A DNA stretch of 64,000 nt from Gemmatimonadota bacterium (GTDB taxonomy: Bacteria; Gemmatimonadota; Gemmatimonadetes; Longimicrobiales; Gaopeijiaceae): the NCBI GenBank assembly GCA_039589315.1, contig JBDHHQ010000043.1:32001-96000 (forward strand), read 5' to 3'. The position numbers and the translations under genes are program-made. Of this stretch, positions 1 to 10,997 are shown piece by piece. The first letter of the stretch is position 1. The number at the start of each line of letters is the position of its first letter. The notes under the pieces were generated by a model that was not told where the DNA came from, did no database searches, and saw only the letters and a program-made list of their open reading frames with translations.

Positions 1-2
1 CG

Positions 3-1256
3 CTGTTCGATGTAGGGCTCCGCCGCTCTGAAGTACATGATCAGGCCGCCACCCGGGGCCACGAGCTCCCGTGCCCGTGTGATCGAATCGAGGGTGTAGA
101 CGAAATTGTCCAACCGTACGCTGGAAAGCGCCGATGTTCGCGTCATCGAGTCGAGGGTGCCGAACACGACCAGGTCGTACCGCTCCTCGGCCCGGCGCAT
201 GAACGTCCGCGCGTCTGTAACGTACAATGCGACACGGTTGGACGCGTACGGGCGGTTCGGATGTCGCCTTCGGCCGAGCTCGGCGATGACCGGATCGATC
301 TCGACGGCGTCCACTCGTTCGGCGCCGTGCTGCAACAGGGCAGCGACGTCGTTCCCGGTCCCCGCGCCCATGACGAGCGCGTTCACCGGCGGGCGACCCA
401 GCACGCTGTAGGGGAGGTGGTATCCCTTCCGGATCACCTCGTCGTCCGCATGCAAACGGGGCCCGTCAAGCCTGATGTCACGCGCTTCCTGATGCAGGGA
501 GCCATTGGTGGTCACGCTGACGACGTGGTCGCCGCCCCAGCCATGGGCCGCGATCCCGTAGTAGGGGCTGTAGTCGTGCGCCCGCTCGAAGAGGAATACG
601 CTCGTGATCACGGCGCCCGAGCCAGCCAGCCAGATCAGCCGGCCGGACCGGCTCGCACTGAGCAGGAACGCTCCCGGGACGAGGAAGACGGCGAACCAGA
701 CCACGGGGAAGGTCCCGAGGTACGAGGCGATGGTGAACCCGACCACTCCCAGCAGAGATCCGGCCAGGTCGAGGGAGTAGCCCCAGAGGGAGCTGGACCC
801 GCGACGGAACACATCCAGACGCTGGCCGATGGCCTGGCCCAGGGGGACGAACGAGACCGCGCTCAACGCGAAGACGGTCACCAGGGGGATGCGGATGCCC
901 TCGACCACGGGGGCTTCCGCCGGAAGGTCGTAGTAGAGGAGCCAGAGGAACTCGGAGACGTTCTTGGCGGTGAAGACCACTCCTCCCATGACCACGACGC
1001 TCCCGACCACGGCCACCAACGACACGGGCCAGAGCCAGAGGAGAGACCTCGACCTGCCGCGCAGCGACCCCAGCCCGAGGCCCAGAAAGGCGCTGATGAG
1101 GACCAGATTGGGGAAGTAGGCGACGACCCGGACCTGTGACGGAATCCAGCGAATGAACGCCAGCTCCTGAAACAGCACGATGAAGGAGATGGCAACGAGC
1201 TCGAGTCCGGGCCTCCAGAGCTCCGCGCGTTGCCTGCGGCTGTATGGCCCGGTCAT
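3..1256 (-). CDS. Membrane protein fused to a spermidine-synthase-like / class I SAM-dependent transferase domain (partial, runs off left edge)
   Basis: Not in the ORF track; translated by hand from ATG 1256 (GGAGG upstream): MTGPYSRRQR...ELVAISFIVLFQELAFIRWIP..., several hydrophobic helices, then ALVMGAGTGNDV, DAVEIDP, TDART, YDLVVFGTLDS motifs; no stop before the edge. Confidence 0.85.
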   Translation of the reverse strand, partial: MTGPYSRRQRAELWRPGLELVAISFIVLFQELAFIRWIPSQVRVVAYFPNLVLISAFLGLGLGSLRGRSRSLLWLWPVSLVAVVGSVVVMGGVVFTAKNVSEFLWLLYYDLPAEAPVVEGIRIPLVTVFALSAVSFVPLGQAIGQRLDVFRRGSSSLWGYSLDLAGSLLGVVGFTIASYLGTFPVVWFAVFLVPGAFLLSASRSGRLIWLAGSGAVITSVFLFERAHDYSPYYGIAAHGWGGDHVVSVTTNGSLHQEARDIRLDGPRLHADDEVIRKGYHLPYSVLGRPPVNALVMGAGTGNDVAALLQHGAERVDAVEIDPVIAELGRRRHPNRPYASNRVALYVTDARTFMRRAEERYDLVVFGTLDSMTRTSALSSVRLDNFVYTLDSITRARELVAPGGGLIMYFRAAEPYIEQ

Positions 1257-1625
1257 TCTCTGCCTCCGGCGGGCGAGCGGCCCGAGGGGTACGTAGTCGA
1301 TCTGGGCACGAGTCGTCGCGAGGTGACACTCCAGGTGTCATGGGGTGTGGCAACCCACACTGAGCTGGGTTGTCGGCCGCTGCGAGTCCGAGGTGTAGCT
1401 TCCGTTCAGGAGGCCGTCTACGACGGATGGAGAATGTGAGGCCCTGGGGGGCAACGGCGACCCGCTCCGAGCGGCTGGCCTCCATCTCGGCCTCCCCTCT
1501 TCCTCGCCCTCCTGCTCCGCCCCTTTTGCCGGCCTCCTACGACCCCCGACGATCGATCCCTCTGGTCCCCCGCTTTCGTTACCTTTGTCCGATCACAAAA
1601 AGACCCCCGGGCTCCTGGAGAGAGC

Positions 1626-2102
1626 ATGGCAAGACACTGGCGGCTGGCCCTGGCAATCCTCGCAACGATCCTCCTCTTCGGGCCTGGAGAGGCCGAGGCG
1701 CAACAGCGACCGCCGGGCTTCGGGCTCGGGATCATCGCGGGTGAGCCGTCCGGCGTGAGCTTCAAGTATTGGATCGACGGGCGGAACGCCGTGGACGGGG
1801 CCCTGGCCTGGTCCTTCGTCGACGAGGGCGCGTTCCACGTCCATGCCGATTATCTCTGGCATGTTCGCGACGTCGTGGAGGTCGAGAGCGAGGCCTTTCC
1901 GCTCTACTTCGGGATCGGCGGGCGCATCAAGACGAGCACAGACACCCGGGCCGGCGTTCGGGTGCCCCTGGGTATCGACTACCTGTTTCGCGGCGCCCCC
2001 GTGAACCTGTTCTTCGAGCTGGTGCCGCTCCTGGACCTGACGCCCAAGACGGAGTTCAAGTTCAACGCGGCCATCGGCGGCCGGTACTTCTTCGGAGGAT
2101 GA
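1626..2102 (+). CDS. Small exported outer-membrane beta-barrel-type protein (DUF3996-like)
   Basis: Signal peptide ending AEA-Q, GFGLGIIAGEPSGVSFKYW motif, amphipathic strands, aromatic C-terminus RYFFGG; GGAG upstream. Confidence 0.65.
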   Translation: MARHWRLALAILATILLFGPGEAEAQQRPPGFGLGIIAGEPSGVSFKYWIDGRNAVDGALAWSFVDEGAFHVHADYLWHVRDVVEVESEAFPLYFGIGGRIKTSTDTRAGVRVPLGIDYLFRGAPVNLFFELVPLLDLTPKTEFKFNAAIGGRYFFGG

Positions 2103-2533
2103 GCGCTGTGAGCCAGCAGCTGGGATTCGAGGTCCGGTTGAGCCAGCCTCAGCCCGGGGCGGTGGAGCGAGTCGGCGAGGCGCTCAAGCGCGAGGGCTTC
2201 GGCGTGCTGACGCGCATCGAGCTGGACGCGGCCTTCCGCGAGAAGCTGGGTGTGGAGTTTCGCCCATACACCATCCTGGGCGCGTGCAACCCGGCCCTGG
2301 CGCACAAGGCGCTGTCGAGCCGGCCCGACGTGGGACTCCTGCTTCCCTGCAACGTCACGGTCGAAGCGGCGGCGGACGGCGGATCCACGGTGCGCATCAC
2401 GGACCCGATGGCTCTCCTGTCCATGGGCGGAAGCGGTCAGTCCGACGAAGCGCTGGACGCGGTCGCGGCGGACGCCCGGGAGCGGTTGGCGAGGGTCGCC
2501 GCGGAGCTGGCCGAGGAGGGCGCAGGCGCGTAG
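2099..2533 (+). CDS. DUF302 domain protein
   Basis: [14 protein letters not shown]...YTILGACNP...GLLLPCNV motifs; start ATG 2099 (ATGA overlap with upstream stop) or GTG 2108. Confidence 0.88.
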   Translation: MSAVSQQLGFEVRLSQPQPGAVERVGEALKREGFGVLTRIELDAAFREKLGVEFRPYTILGACNPALAHKALSSRPDVGLLLPCNVTVEAAADGGSTVRITDPMALLSMGGSGQSDEALDAVAADARERLARVAAELAEEGAGA

Positions 2534-2883
2534 ACGCTCACGGCCCTACCCAGCTTGGCTCCGTTCGGGACCGGTCTCTCCGGCACGGCCAGTACGACCG
2601 CTCCGTCGGGCCCGTAGAAGCCCGTCAGCAGGAACTGCGACATGAAGGGCCCGATCTGCTTGGGTGGGAAGTTCACCACCGCCACGATCTGGCGTCCGAG
2701 GAGCTCCTCCGCGCTGTACAGGTCCGTAGCCTGGGCGCTGGACTTGAGCTCACCGATCTCCGGGCCGAAGTCCGCCCACACCTTGTACGCCGGGCGTCTG
2801 GCCTCGGGGAACGTCTCGACCCGGACCACGGTGCCGACGCGGATCTCGACGCGCTCGAAGTCCCGCCAGTCGATGGTCTCCAC
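2437..2883 (-). CDS. csaA: CsaA-type tRNA-binding / secretion chaperone (OB fold)
   Basis: [52 protein letters not shown]; the tail after GAKLG is probably spurious (see findings). Confidence 0.88.
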   Translation of the reverse strand: METIDWRDFERVEIRVGTVVRVETFPEARRPAYKVWADFGPEIGELKSSAQATDLYSAEELLGRQIVAVVNFPPKQIGPFMSQFLLTGFYGPDGAVVLAVPERPVPNGAKLGRAVSVYAPAPSSASSAATLANRSRASAATASSASSD

Positions 2884-2911
2884 GTGCTCGTTCCCCGGGC
2901 TCTGGAGGCTG

Positions 2912-5593
2912 TTACTCCTGCGACAGAGCGTCCACCGGGTTGACGGCCGAAGCCCGCAGCGCCGGTAGATACGAGCCCAGGAATGCCACGGCGAGCAGCA
3001 GCGCCGTCACGCCCCCGAACACCAGTGGATCCGTCGGGCTCACGCCGACCAGGAGGCTGGACATGGCCCGCGTAACCCCGAACGCCAGGGCCAGTCCGCA
3101 TCCGATGCCCAGCGCCGCGCGCCGCATCCCGGTACGCACGACCATCCCCCGCACCTGCCGCCGGGCGGCGCCCAGCGCCATGCGCACCCCGATCTCGTTG
3201 GTCCGTTGCCCCACGCCGTACGACATGACCCCGTAGATACCGACCGCACCCAGCAGCAGGGAGATGAGCGCGAACCCGCCCATGAGCTTGGCCATCAGGT
3301 AGTAGGGGCCCACGGCCCGGGTGACGTTGTCGACCATGGGCTGGACGCCGTAGATGGGCAGATCGCCGTCCATCTCGAGCACCGCGCTGCGGAGGATCGG
3401 GACCAGCGCGGCCGGATCGCCCGACGTCCGCACGACCACCGTCCGAGTGCGTCCGGTGAATCGGCGAATCGGAAAGTACACCCCGGGTTGGATGGGATCG
3501 GCCAGGCTCCGCTCGAAGTGGTCGGCAACCACGCCCACGACCTCATGGAGCGTGCCGTCCAGCACCAGACGACGGCCCACGGCGTTTCCGTCGCCGAAGT
3601 GCCTCGAGACGAGCGTCTCATTGACCACGACTACGGGAGGCGCGTCGGCATCGTCCGCGAGAGTGATCGCCCGACCCGCGATCCGAGCTATGCCCATCGT
3701 CTCGAAGTAGCCGGGCGAGACGTAGTTGAAACGAGCCGGGTAGCGGGCCACCGGGTCCGACGGGTCTTCCCCCTCCAGGACGAAGCTGCCGACCGTGTTC
3801 GATCCCGACAGGGGCAGAACGTACACGGCACCGGCACCCTCCACTGCTGGAATCGCGGTGATGCGCTCGACGAGGTCGTCGTGAACGGCGGTCACTGCCG
3901 GCTTGTCCTCGTAGCGGGCCTCGCCGGGCGAGACGCTGAACGTCATCAACGCCGCAGCCTCGTACCCGAGATCCAACCGCGCCATTCCCATGACGCTGCG
4001 GACCATGACGCCGCCCCCGACCAGCAACACGACGGCCAGCGCTGTCTGTGCTACGACCAGGAAGCCGCCGAAGCGACGGCCCCGGGCGCCGGGTCCGGAC
4101 CGCCCGCCGTCCCGGAGCTCGGAACCGGTCAGGCGTGACGAGCGCACGGCGGGTGCGAGCCCGAAGAGGAGCGCCGCGACCACCGAAACGGCCGCCGTGA
4201 AGGCCAGAACCGTTCCGTCCATCTCGAAGGTGAAGATGGGCGGTAGGTTGGACGGCAGGCCGCGCACGATCACGCCGGTCCCCCAGATCGCCAGCAGGCC
4301 GCCGAGGACCCCGCCGATCGACGATAGCACGAGACTCTCGATCAACGTCTGGCGGAGCATCCGGCCCCGGCCGGCGCCCATGGCCGAGCGGATGGCCATC
4401 TCCAGTCGTCGCCCGTTGGCCCGAGCCAGAAGCAGATTGGCCACGTTGGTACACGCCATCAGGAGCACGAAGCCGACAGCCGACATCATGACGAGGGCCG
4501 CGCGGGCCCCGATGTCGCCCAATTGGCTCAGCTGCATCGAGATGACATCGGCCGTCCAGCCTCTGTTGGTCTCGGGGTGCTCCTCTTGGAGGGCGAGGGC
4601 GACCTGAGCCACGTCCCGCCTGGCCCGGTCGACCGTCACGCCCGGTGCGAGCCGGGCGACGGCCACGTGGCTGTGGTTGCCCCGACGGGCGTCGGCCGGA
4701 TGGCCTCGGAAGGGCACCCAGACGTCGGGCTGGGAATCGATGAACGGAAAGCCCGCCGGCATGACGCCGATGATCGTCGTGGGCTCGCCGTCGAGGTGGA
4801 TCGTCGTGCCGAGCGCGCCCGGGTCGCCCCCCAGGCGTTGCTGCCAGAATCCGTGGCTCAGGATCGCGACGGCAGGAGCGAACGTCTGGCCGTCGGCGTC
4901 GGTGAAGTTCCGGCCCTGGTCAGGGAAGACGCCGAGGACCGAGAACATGTTCGGAGTCACGCCGCGGCCGGCCATGCGCTCCGGCCGGTCCGTCCCGGTC
5001 AGCGTGAAGCTCCGCCGGTCGTACACCGCCACGTCCACGAAGGCGGAGGTCCGCTGCCCGAAGTCCCAGGCGTCCACCAGGGGGATGTCCGCTTCGAACC
5101 ACCCGCGCTCGAGGTTCTGGGACCAGATGTGTACGAGCTCGTCGGGCCGCTCGTAGGGCATGTCCCGGATGAGCAGGCCATTCACGATGTTGAAGATGGA
5201 GGTGTTGGCGCCGATGCCCAGCGCCAGCGTGCCGACGGCAGTGAGCGCGAAGACCGGCTTCCGGCGCAGGGCCCGAACTGCGTATCTCACGTCCGCGATC
5301 AAGCTCCCCACGACGTCCCTCCCTCCCCTGTCGGCACGATACGCCCCCGCGCCCGGTCCTTCCCGCCGGTCGGCGCCCCCCGTTCCCCACCGCAGCCGCG
5401 TGCCGTGCACGCCTGCGTCCCACAGCGTCCGCATCCACACGACGACCCATCGAACCCGGCCGTGAAGCCGCGCCTCCTGCGTCAACAGACTCCGGAACGC
5501 GTCTTCCATCTCGGCGCCGTAGCGGCGCCGAAACTCCGCCGGATACACCGCCAGGATCCGGCGGAACCAGCGCTCTGCCCGCTCCCGTCTCAC
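2912..5593 (-). CDS. MacB/FtsX-type duplicated orphan ABC permease (ADOP-like) with N-terminal prefix domain
   Basis: [52 protein letters not shown], two periplasmic domains; prefix [13 protein letters not shown] typical of PadR-linked permeases; overlaps the padR stop. Confidence 0.92.
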   Translation of the reverse strand: MRRERAERWFRRILAVYPAEFRRRYGAEMEDAFRSLLTQEARLHGRVRWVVVWMRTLWDAGVHGTRLRWGTGGADRREGPGAGAYRADRGGRDVVGSLIADVRYAVRALRRKPVFALTAVGTLALGIGANTSIFNIVNGLLIRDMPYERPDELVHIWSQNLERGWFEADIPLVDAWDFGQRTSAFVDVAVYDRRSFTLTGTDRPERMAGRGVTPNMFSVLGVFPDQGRNFTDADGQTFAPAVAILSHGFWQQRLGGDPGALGTTIHLDGEPTTIIGVMPAGFPFIDSQPDVWVPFRGHPADARRGNHSHVAVARLAPGVTVDRARRDVAQVALALQEEHPETNRGWTADVISMQLSQLGDIGARAALVMMSAVGFVLLMACTNVANLLLARANGRRLEMAIRSAMGAGRGRMLRQTLIESLVLSSIGGVLGGLLAIWGTGVIVRGLPSNLPPIFTFEMDGTVLAFTAAVSVVAALLFGLAPAVRSSRLTGSELRDGGRSGPGARGRRFGGFLVVAQTALAVVLLVGGGVMVRSVMGMARLDLGYEAAALMTFSVSPGEARYEDKPAVTAVHDDLVERITAIPAVEGAGAVYVLPLSGSNTVGSFVLEGEDPSDPVARYPARFNYVSPGYFETMGIARIAGRAITLADDADAPPVVVVNETLVSRHFGDGNAVGRRLVLDGTLHEVVGVVADHFERSLADPIQPGVYFPIRRFTGRTRTVVVRTSGDPAALVPILRSAVLEMDGDLPIYGVQPMVDNVTRAVGPYYLMAKLMGGFALISLLLGAVGIYGVMSYGVGQRTNEIGVRMALGAARRQVRGMVVRTGMRRAALGIGCGLALAFGVTRAMSSLLVGVSPTDPLVFGGVTALLLAVAFLGSYLPALRASAVNPVDALSQE

Positions 5594-5940
5594 ACCGCCT
5601 CCCGTTCGGGCCCCACGTTGCGTGCCCGGGCGATGCGCACGAGAGACGCCATGCGCTCGACCTCGGAGGCGAGCCGGTCCCGACCGGCCGGGGTGATGCT
5701 GTAGAACCGACGCTTGCCGCCCTCGGTGGGCGCTCCCTCGGGTGGCTCCGTCTCGACGATCAAGCGGTTGTCGGTCATGTCTTTCAGGGCGCTGTACAGG
5801 GCACCCGGCCAGAGGCGCATCTCACCGTCCGTCCGGAGCAGCACTTCGTCCATGATGGCCGAGCCGTAGAGATCGCGTTCGGCCAGGGCGAGCAGAATCT
5901 GGAACCACTTGGAGCTCAGGGACCTCGTATGTGACGTCAC
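5590..5940 (-). CDS. PadR-family transcriptional regulator
   Basis: FQILLALAERDLYGSAIM..LWPGALYSAL..KRRFYSITPAG winged-helix motifs; GGGAGG upstream. Confidence 0.92.
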   Translation of the reverse strand: MTSHTRSLSSKWFQILLALAERDLYGSAIMDEVLLRTDGEMRLWPGALYSALKDMTDNRLIVETEPPEGAPTEGGKRRFYSITPAGRDRLASEVERMASLVRIARARNVGPEREAV

Positions 5941-5977
5941 GGTTCGATTCGCCTCCCGGTGACGGTGGGCACGCTAC

Positions 5978-6015
5978 ATGTATACGACTGCGTATATATA
6001 CGTGATAGTATACAT
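5978..6015. promoter_or_regulatory. Tandem palindromic operator (2 x TATAC-N6-GTATA), probable PadR autoregulatory site overlapping a TATACT -10 on the minus strand
   Basis: TATACGACTGCGTATA (5981-5996) followed by TATACGTGATAGTATA (5997-6012); dyad ATGTATAC...CGTATATATACG...GTATACAT in an AT-rich patch upstream of padR. Confidence 0.75.
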
Positions 6016-6084
6016 ATAAGGTTCAGTGAGCGCCAGCGGTCGGTGCCCCAGCGGGGGCCCACGACCGGCCCTCGTCCCAACGAC

Positions 6085-6106
6085 CGGCCCTCGGGTCCGA
6101 GGGCCG
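6085..6106 (-). terminator. GC-rich hairpin downstream of the amidohydrolase gene (no clear U tract)
   Basis: CGGCCCTCGG/CCGAGGGCCG inverted repeat 5 nt beyond the stop at 6111; ACGACCGGCCCTCG is also directly repeated (6061-6074, 6080-6093). Confidence 0.4.
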
Positions 6107-6110
6107 TGGG

Positions 6111-7424
6111 CTATCTCGTCGGCTCGTGTCGTACCACTTCGCCCCCCTTCACCACCAGCCGGATGTCACGCAGGGCGCTGACGTCGCCGGCTGGATCGGT
6201 CGCCACCCCGATCAGGTCGGCCAGCTTGCCAACCTCCAGCGTGCCCAGCTCCGCTGCCACGCCCAGCATGGTGGCGGGCTCGATGGTGGCGGTGCGCAGG
6301 GCCTGGAGGGGAGTCATCCCCGCCTGGACGTAGTACTCGGCCTCCCTGACGGTCGCGATCGTACCGTCGTTGGGCTCGTGGGGGAGCTGGTCGGTGCCCA
6401 ACGCGATCCGGACGCCCTCCCTGACGGCAGTCTGGAGGGACGCCCAATGCCGCTGTCCCACGGCCTCGACCCGGTCGAGGTACCACCGGGGCGACCCGAT
6501 GCGTTCGAAGAACGGAAGGGTAGCCGGCTGGCTCACCAGGATCGTGGGCACATACCAGGTGCCGGCGTCCCGCATACGAGCGAAGACGGGGGCGGTGAGG
6601 AAGTAGCCGTGCTCGATGCAGTCCACACCCGCAGCGATGGCGTCCAGGGTGGCCGTCGGAGACCCGGAGTGGGCCGTGACCTTGGCCCCGAGCCGGTGAG
6701 CCACGTCCGTGACGGCCTCGAGCTCGTCCGGCGTCATGTAGGCGGCCGCGATGTCGCCGCCGGGCGTCGCGATACCGCCGGAGATCAGGATCTTGATCCA
6801 GCGAGCACCGGCCCGGAACTCCTTGCGCACGGCCTCGCGGAACTCGTAGGGGCCGTCGTTGGCCACTTCCCCCGCGCTGGAGCCGTGCCCCCCGGTCACC
6901 TGAACGGACTCACCGGCCGAGAAGATACGCGGCCCTTGGGCCTCCCCCCGGTCGATGGCCCGCTGGAGGGCCAGGTCCACGTGGCCGCGCTCACCGGTCG
7001 TCCGAACGGTGGTGATGCCAGCAAAGAGCGTCTCTCGCGCCGCCGAGGCCATGCGGAGCGCCAGCTCCGCTTCGGTCTCGTTCCCCAGGGCGGCCCCAGC
7101 GGCCCCCGGTAGCACCAGCCCGAAGTGGACGTGCATGTTCATCAGACCCGGAAGCAACCAGAGCCCGCTGGCGTCGATCTCGATCGCGTCGGCCGGAATG
7201 GGTGTCGCGTCTTTCCGACCCACCGCCTCGATGCGCTCTCCCCGCGCGATCACGACCGCATCACGGATGGGCGGGCCGCCCTCCAGGTCCACGACGGTGG
7301 CTCCGACGATGGCCACGGGCGCCCCGGACGCGAGCTCCGGGACGGTCTGGGCGGCGCTCGGGAGCGCCGACGCCAGGGCCAGAGGGACGAGCGGTGGGAG
7401 CAGGAGCGCCGGAAGACGACCCAT
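6111..7424 (-). CDS. Exported metal-dependent amidohydrolase (Xaa-Pro dipeptidase / imidazolonepropionase-like)
   Basis: LLPGLMNMHVH, GARWIK, KVTAH, CIEHG, IALGTD, GTLEVGKLADL; signal peptide from ATG 7424. Confidence 0.88.
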   Translation of the reverse strand: MGRLPALLLPPLVPLALASALPSAAQTVPELASGAPVAIVGATVVDLEGGPPIRDAVVIARGERIEAVGRKDATPIPADAIEIDASGLWLLPGLMNMHVHFGLVLPGAAGAALGNETEAELALRMASAARETLFAGITTVRTTGERGHVDLALQRAIDRGEAQGPRIFSAGESVQVTGGHGSSAGEVANDGPYEFREAVRKEFRAGARWIKILISGGIATPGGDIAAAYMTPDELEAVTDVAHRLGAKVTAHSGSPTATLDAIAAGVDCIEHGYFLTAPVFARMRDAGTWYVPTILVSQPATLPFFERIGSPRWYLDRVEAVGQRHWASLQTAVREGVRIALGTDQLPHEPNDGTIATVREAEYYVQAGMTPLQALRTATIEPATMLGVAAELGTLEVGKLADLIGVATDPAGDVSALRDIRLVVKGGEVVRHEPTR

Positions 7425-7441
7425 GCCCAAACGGCGCGCCC

Positions 7442-9025
7442 TCACGATTGCGCTGTCTCCCTCACCACGTCCAGGAAGTCCTGGCCGTACCGTTCGAGCT
7501 TGGCCGGGCCCACGCCCGGGACCGCAAGGAGCTCTGCCGGCGTCAGAGGACGCGCCTCTGCCATGGCCTGCAGCGTGCGGTCGTTGAAGACGATGTAGGC
7601 CGGGACATTCTGCGCGTCGGCCAGACGCTTCCGCACGCCGCGAAGGCGCTCGAACAGCTCCCTCGCCGAAGGGGGCAGCCCGGCGTCGTCCGCAGCGGAC
7701 CATGCCGCCCGGGGGCGTGACGAAGCTGGCGCGGCGCGCCCCCCACCTCCCAGCATCATACCCTCGGCGGCGAGCGCTTCCGTGGTCACGCCCGTGCATT
7801 CGTCACAGGACTCGCCACAGCCGTCGATCTCCTCCGCGAAGTGCGACAGGATCGCCCGGTGCCTGCACCCCCCGGCCTCGACCAGGCGAAAGAGCGATCG
7901 GCTCGCCTGGATCTTCTGCGTGCGCAGCTCCGGGTCTTCGACATCGTTCAGAAACCGGTCGTGGAGCTTCACGTCGGCCCAAGAATAGAAGAGGAAGCAA
8001 TCCGCGGGGAGGCCGTCCCTGCCGGCGCGGCCGATCTCCTGATACCACGACTCCACGTCCCGCGGCATGTCCCGGTGGATGACGAACCGCACGTTGGACT
8101 TGTCGATGCCCATGCCGAAGGCCACGGTTGCCACGATTACGTCCACGTCGTCCCGTGCGAAGGCATCCTGGTTGCGGACCCGCACGTCAGGGGAGAGGCC
8201 CGCGTGATAGGGGGCCACTCGCACCCCTTTCGAAGCCAGGAACGCCGTCGTCTGCTCTACGGTCCTCCGGGAGAGGCAGTAGACGATCCCCGACTCCCCC
8301 TCCCGGGCCCTGATCAGGCCGAGGATCTCGGCTCGCGTCTCGCCCGTACCCTTCTTCCGGCAGCGGACACGGAGGTTGGGCCTGAAGAAGGACCCTTTGT
8401 AGCCCCGAGGCCGCGCCATCCCCAGCTGTCCGATGATGTCCCGGGCCACGCGGTTGGTGGCGGTGGCGGTAAGGGCCAGGACGGGCACGTTCGGCAACTC
8501 CTCCTTGACACCGCGCAGGCGCCGGTAGGACGGCCGGAAATCGTGCCCCCACTGACTGATGCAGTGGGCCTCGTCCACCACCATCAGGGAGAGGGGCCAC
8601 TCGGCCACTTCGCGCCGGAGCCGTCCGTCCAACCCCTCCGGGGCCAGGTAGACGAGCTCGTAGTCACCGGCCCGGACGGCTGCCAGACGTCGGCTGCGCT
8701 CCTCGGGCTCGAGCGACGAGTTGATGGCGGCCGCGCGGAACCCCATGGCCATCAGAGCATCCACCTGGTCCTTCATCAGGCTGATCAGGGGCGACACTAC
8801 CAACACCGTGCCCCGGAGCAGCTTCGCGGGGATCTGGAACGTGAGGGACTTCCCGGCGCCCGTGGGCATGATGGCGATGCAGTCGTTGCCGGCCAGGACC
8901 GCCTCGATGACGGTCCGCTGCCCCGGGCGGAAGTCGGTGTATCCGAACACGCCGTGCAGAACCGCGTCCGCGTCCGAGAACGGACCTCGGCTCGACTGGA
9001 AGAGACTCGGCTGATGGGGCATCAA
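7442..9025 (-). CDS. recQ: RecQ-family ATP-dependent DNA helicase with Zn site and HRDC domain
   Basis: [59 protein letters not shown] motif [13 protein letters not shown]. Confidence 0.92.
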   Translation of the reverse strand: MMPHQPSLFQSSRGPFSDADAVLHGVFGYTDFRPGQRTVIEAVLAGNDCIAIMPTGAGKSLTFQIPAKLLRGTVLVVSPLISLMKDQVDALMAMGFRAAAINSSLEPEERSRRLAAVRAGDYELVYLAPEGLDGRLRREVAEWPLSLMVVDEAHCISQWGHDFRPSYRRLRGVKEELPNVPVLALTATATNRVARDIIGQLGMARPRGYKGSFFRPNLRVRCRKKGTGETRAEILGLIRAREGESGIVYCLSRRTVEQTTAFLASKGVRVAPYHAGLSPDVRVRNQDAFARDDVDVIVATVAFGMGIDKSNVRFVIHRDMPRDVESWYQEIGRAGRDGLPADCFLFYSWADVKLHDRFLNDVEDPELRTQKIQASRSLFRLVEAGGCRHRAILSHFAEEIDGCGESCDECTGVTTEALAAEGMMLGGGGRAAPASSRPRAAWSAADDAGLPPSARELFERLRGVRKRLADAQNVPAYIVFNDRTLQAMAEARPLTPAELLAVPGVGPAKLERYGQDFLDVVRETAQS

Positions 9026-9285
9026 AGGACGAAAGGGCCTCCCGCCGGGCGCGGAAATGGGACTCCAGGACCGTCGGTCGTGCTCAAAGGGTCACGTGTG
9101 TGCTCAGTGCGTGAGCTCCGATCCGGCGACGCTGCTGCGCGGGCTGGCGAAGCTCGTCCCGTTGGCGGCTCGGCCAATCTACCCAATCCCGTCCACTCGC
9201 GCCCACCACTCTCCCCGCCGTCACCACTCTCGCCGCTCTCACGGCTCGCGTTGCCCCTGACGAGCTCTGCAAGGCGAGCCCGGAC

Positions 9286-10668
9286 CTATCTTCCCTCCCC
9301 TGTCGTGGGCCTCACGAGCTCTTCCGCGGTCAGAGCACCTCTCGGATCGCTGCGGAACTCCCGAAAGAGGCGGTCTGCAATCGTCGTGAACGCTGGTACC
9401 CCTATGGTCAGGGCTCCCCACCCGATGACGCGGCCGCCGCTGAAGGACTCGTCATCCTTGGCCACCACGAGGATGTAGCCGGGCACGAGCGCCAGCGCCG
9501 CCGCAACGGCGGTGGGCAGCCATTTGCCCTGGGACAACTCCGTCCGACCCGCTCGGTTGGCAGCGAATGTGGCACCAGTGATCGGGAGTCCGAACATGGC
9601 CGTCGTGACCGCGGCGGTCGCAAGCTGATCGCAGGAGCTCTCCAGGAAGTAGTGGGAGTTGGCCAGGCCCTCCTCGAACTCGATGCAGGACTGACCGATC
9701 AGTGCCCCGGCTGCCAGCCCGGCGGCGTTCCCGACGAAGGAGCTCGCAAACACCTTGGCCCAGGGGTACGGCTCGTTTTCCAACGCCCAGTCGTAGGTCG
9801 GGCGGCCGCGGGAGGTGACGTTCTCGACCCCCATCGCGGACCGGCCCGAACGGGTCTCGATCAGGAGGACGCCGTAGCTGGAGTCGGTGCCGTACCGGGC
9901 GCCCGCTTCCGCCGAAGAGACCACCTCCATGCGCTCGATCTGCTCGATGGGGAAGGTGGTCCAAAGGGGCATCGGATCCGACACCCTGACGCCGTCGAGA
10001 AAGACTGTCGGGTGACGGCATCCCTCGGTGCCCTGGAGGGAGCGAGGGGCCCGAAACTCGACGCAGACGGCGGTCCCCGCCCTCGTCTGGGGGTTCCGCA
10101 CGTTGATGCCGGAGACATTGCGCGCCAACACCTGGTCGAGGCGCTGTCCGGTCCCGATCATCGGCTCGATCTCGTCCCGGGTGACCACATTGGACGAGGT
10201 CCCCCGGGCGCGGGCGGCGCGCTGCCGCGTGGATGCGCTCTCGACGATCACGCCCTCGACCCCGATGGCTTGGGTCGAGAGGTTGATCCGAAGGGTCAGG
10301 TCCTCACCGGGAGAGAGACGGATGGTGTCCCGCACCTCCCCGTAGGCGATGTGTTGGATCCGCAGCACGTGGCTGCCGGGAGGGAGGCGCTCCAGCGCGA
10401 AGAGTCCTACTTCGTTGCTGATCGTGCCGAAGCCCGTGCCTTCCGCGACGACCGCCGCGTCCGCGAGCCCACGGCCGGACTGCGCATCGAAGATCCGGCC
10501 CAACACGGAAGCGGGGATCTGTGCATCCAGGGGGTTTGCCGAGGCTGCCAGCATGCACGTGGCAACGGCAACGCGACGGAGCGTCCCACCCTTCGATTCC
10601 ACTTGGCTCCTCACGCGCCCATCCTTTGCCCACTGAATGCGCTGAACCGTCGCGGGCCCCCGGGTCAC
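9286..10668 (-). CDS. Carboxypeptidase-regulatory-like + TonB plug domain protein with C-terminal hydrophobic helices (start uncertain, probably later)
   Basis: VLGRIFDAQSGRGL..GLFALERLPPGSHVLRIQHIAY; plug motif PTVFLDGVR..IERMEVV..ARYG..GVLLIET; no barrel strands follow. Confidence 0.72.
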   Translation of the reverse strand: MTRGPATVQRIQWAKDGRVRSQVESKGGTLRRVAVATCMLAASANPLDAQIPASVLGRIFDAQSGRGLADAAVVAEGTGFGTISNEVGLFALERLPPGSHVLRIQHIAYGEVRDTIRLSPGEDLTLRINLSTQAIGVEGVIVESASTRQRAARARGTSSNVVTRDEIEPMIGTGQRLDQVLARNVSGINVRNPQTRAGTAVCVEFRAPRSLQGTEGCRHPTVFLDGVRVSDPMPLWTTFPIEQIERMEVVSSAEAGARYGTDSSYGVLLIETRSGRSAMGVENVTSRGRPTYDWALENEPYPWAKVFASSFVGNAAGLAAGALIGQSCIEFEEGLANSHYFLESSCDQLATAAVTTAMFGLPITGATFAANRAGRTELSQGKWLPTAVAAALALVPGYILVVAKDDESFSGGRVIGWGALTIGVPAFTTIADRLFREFRSDPRGALTAEELVRPTTGEGR

Positions 10669-10997
10669 CCGGAGCCGAAACTGTGGACACCCCTTCGGAC
10701 GGGTGTCCGAGCTCCTCCCGAGCCTTGGCCGATCTTACCGCGCGCAGCTCAGGGATTCAACGCCGGCGGAGGCGCTCGCGTTCCGCTCGAACCGCTCCCG
10801 GTACAGCGGGCCGGTGGCCACGTCGGACCTACGAGATTCCTGGCGCGCGTCTTGCTGGCAGCCGAGGGTTGGGGCGTCCCTGCGCCGGGAGGCGACGGCC
10901 GCAACGCCGGGAAAAGCCCCCCGGATCCCGCAACGAAGGGCGGCCTACTTGTGCGCGGTCCGCTGTTGCATACCTACATCCATGGCGAGGGGAAACG

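Noticed and set aside
9203..9242. Short imperfect tandem repeat CACCACTCTC
   Set aside because: Only two copies and no spacer structure; not a CRISPR array or a recognisable element.
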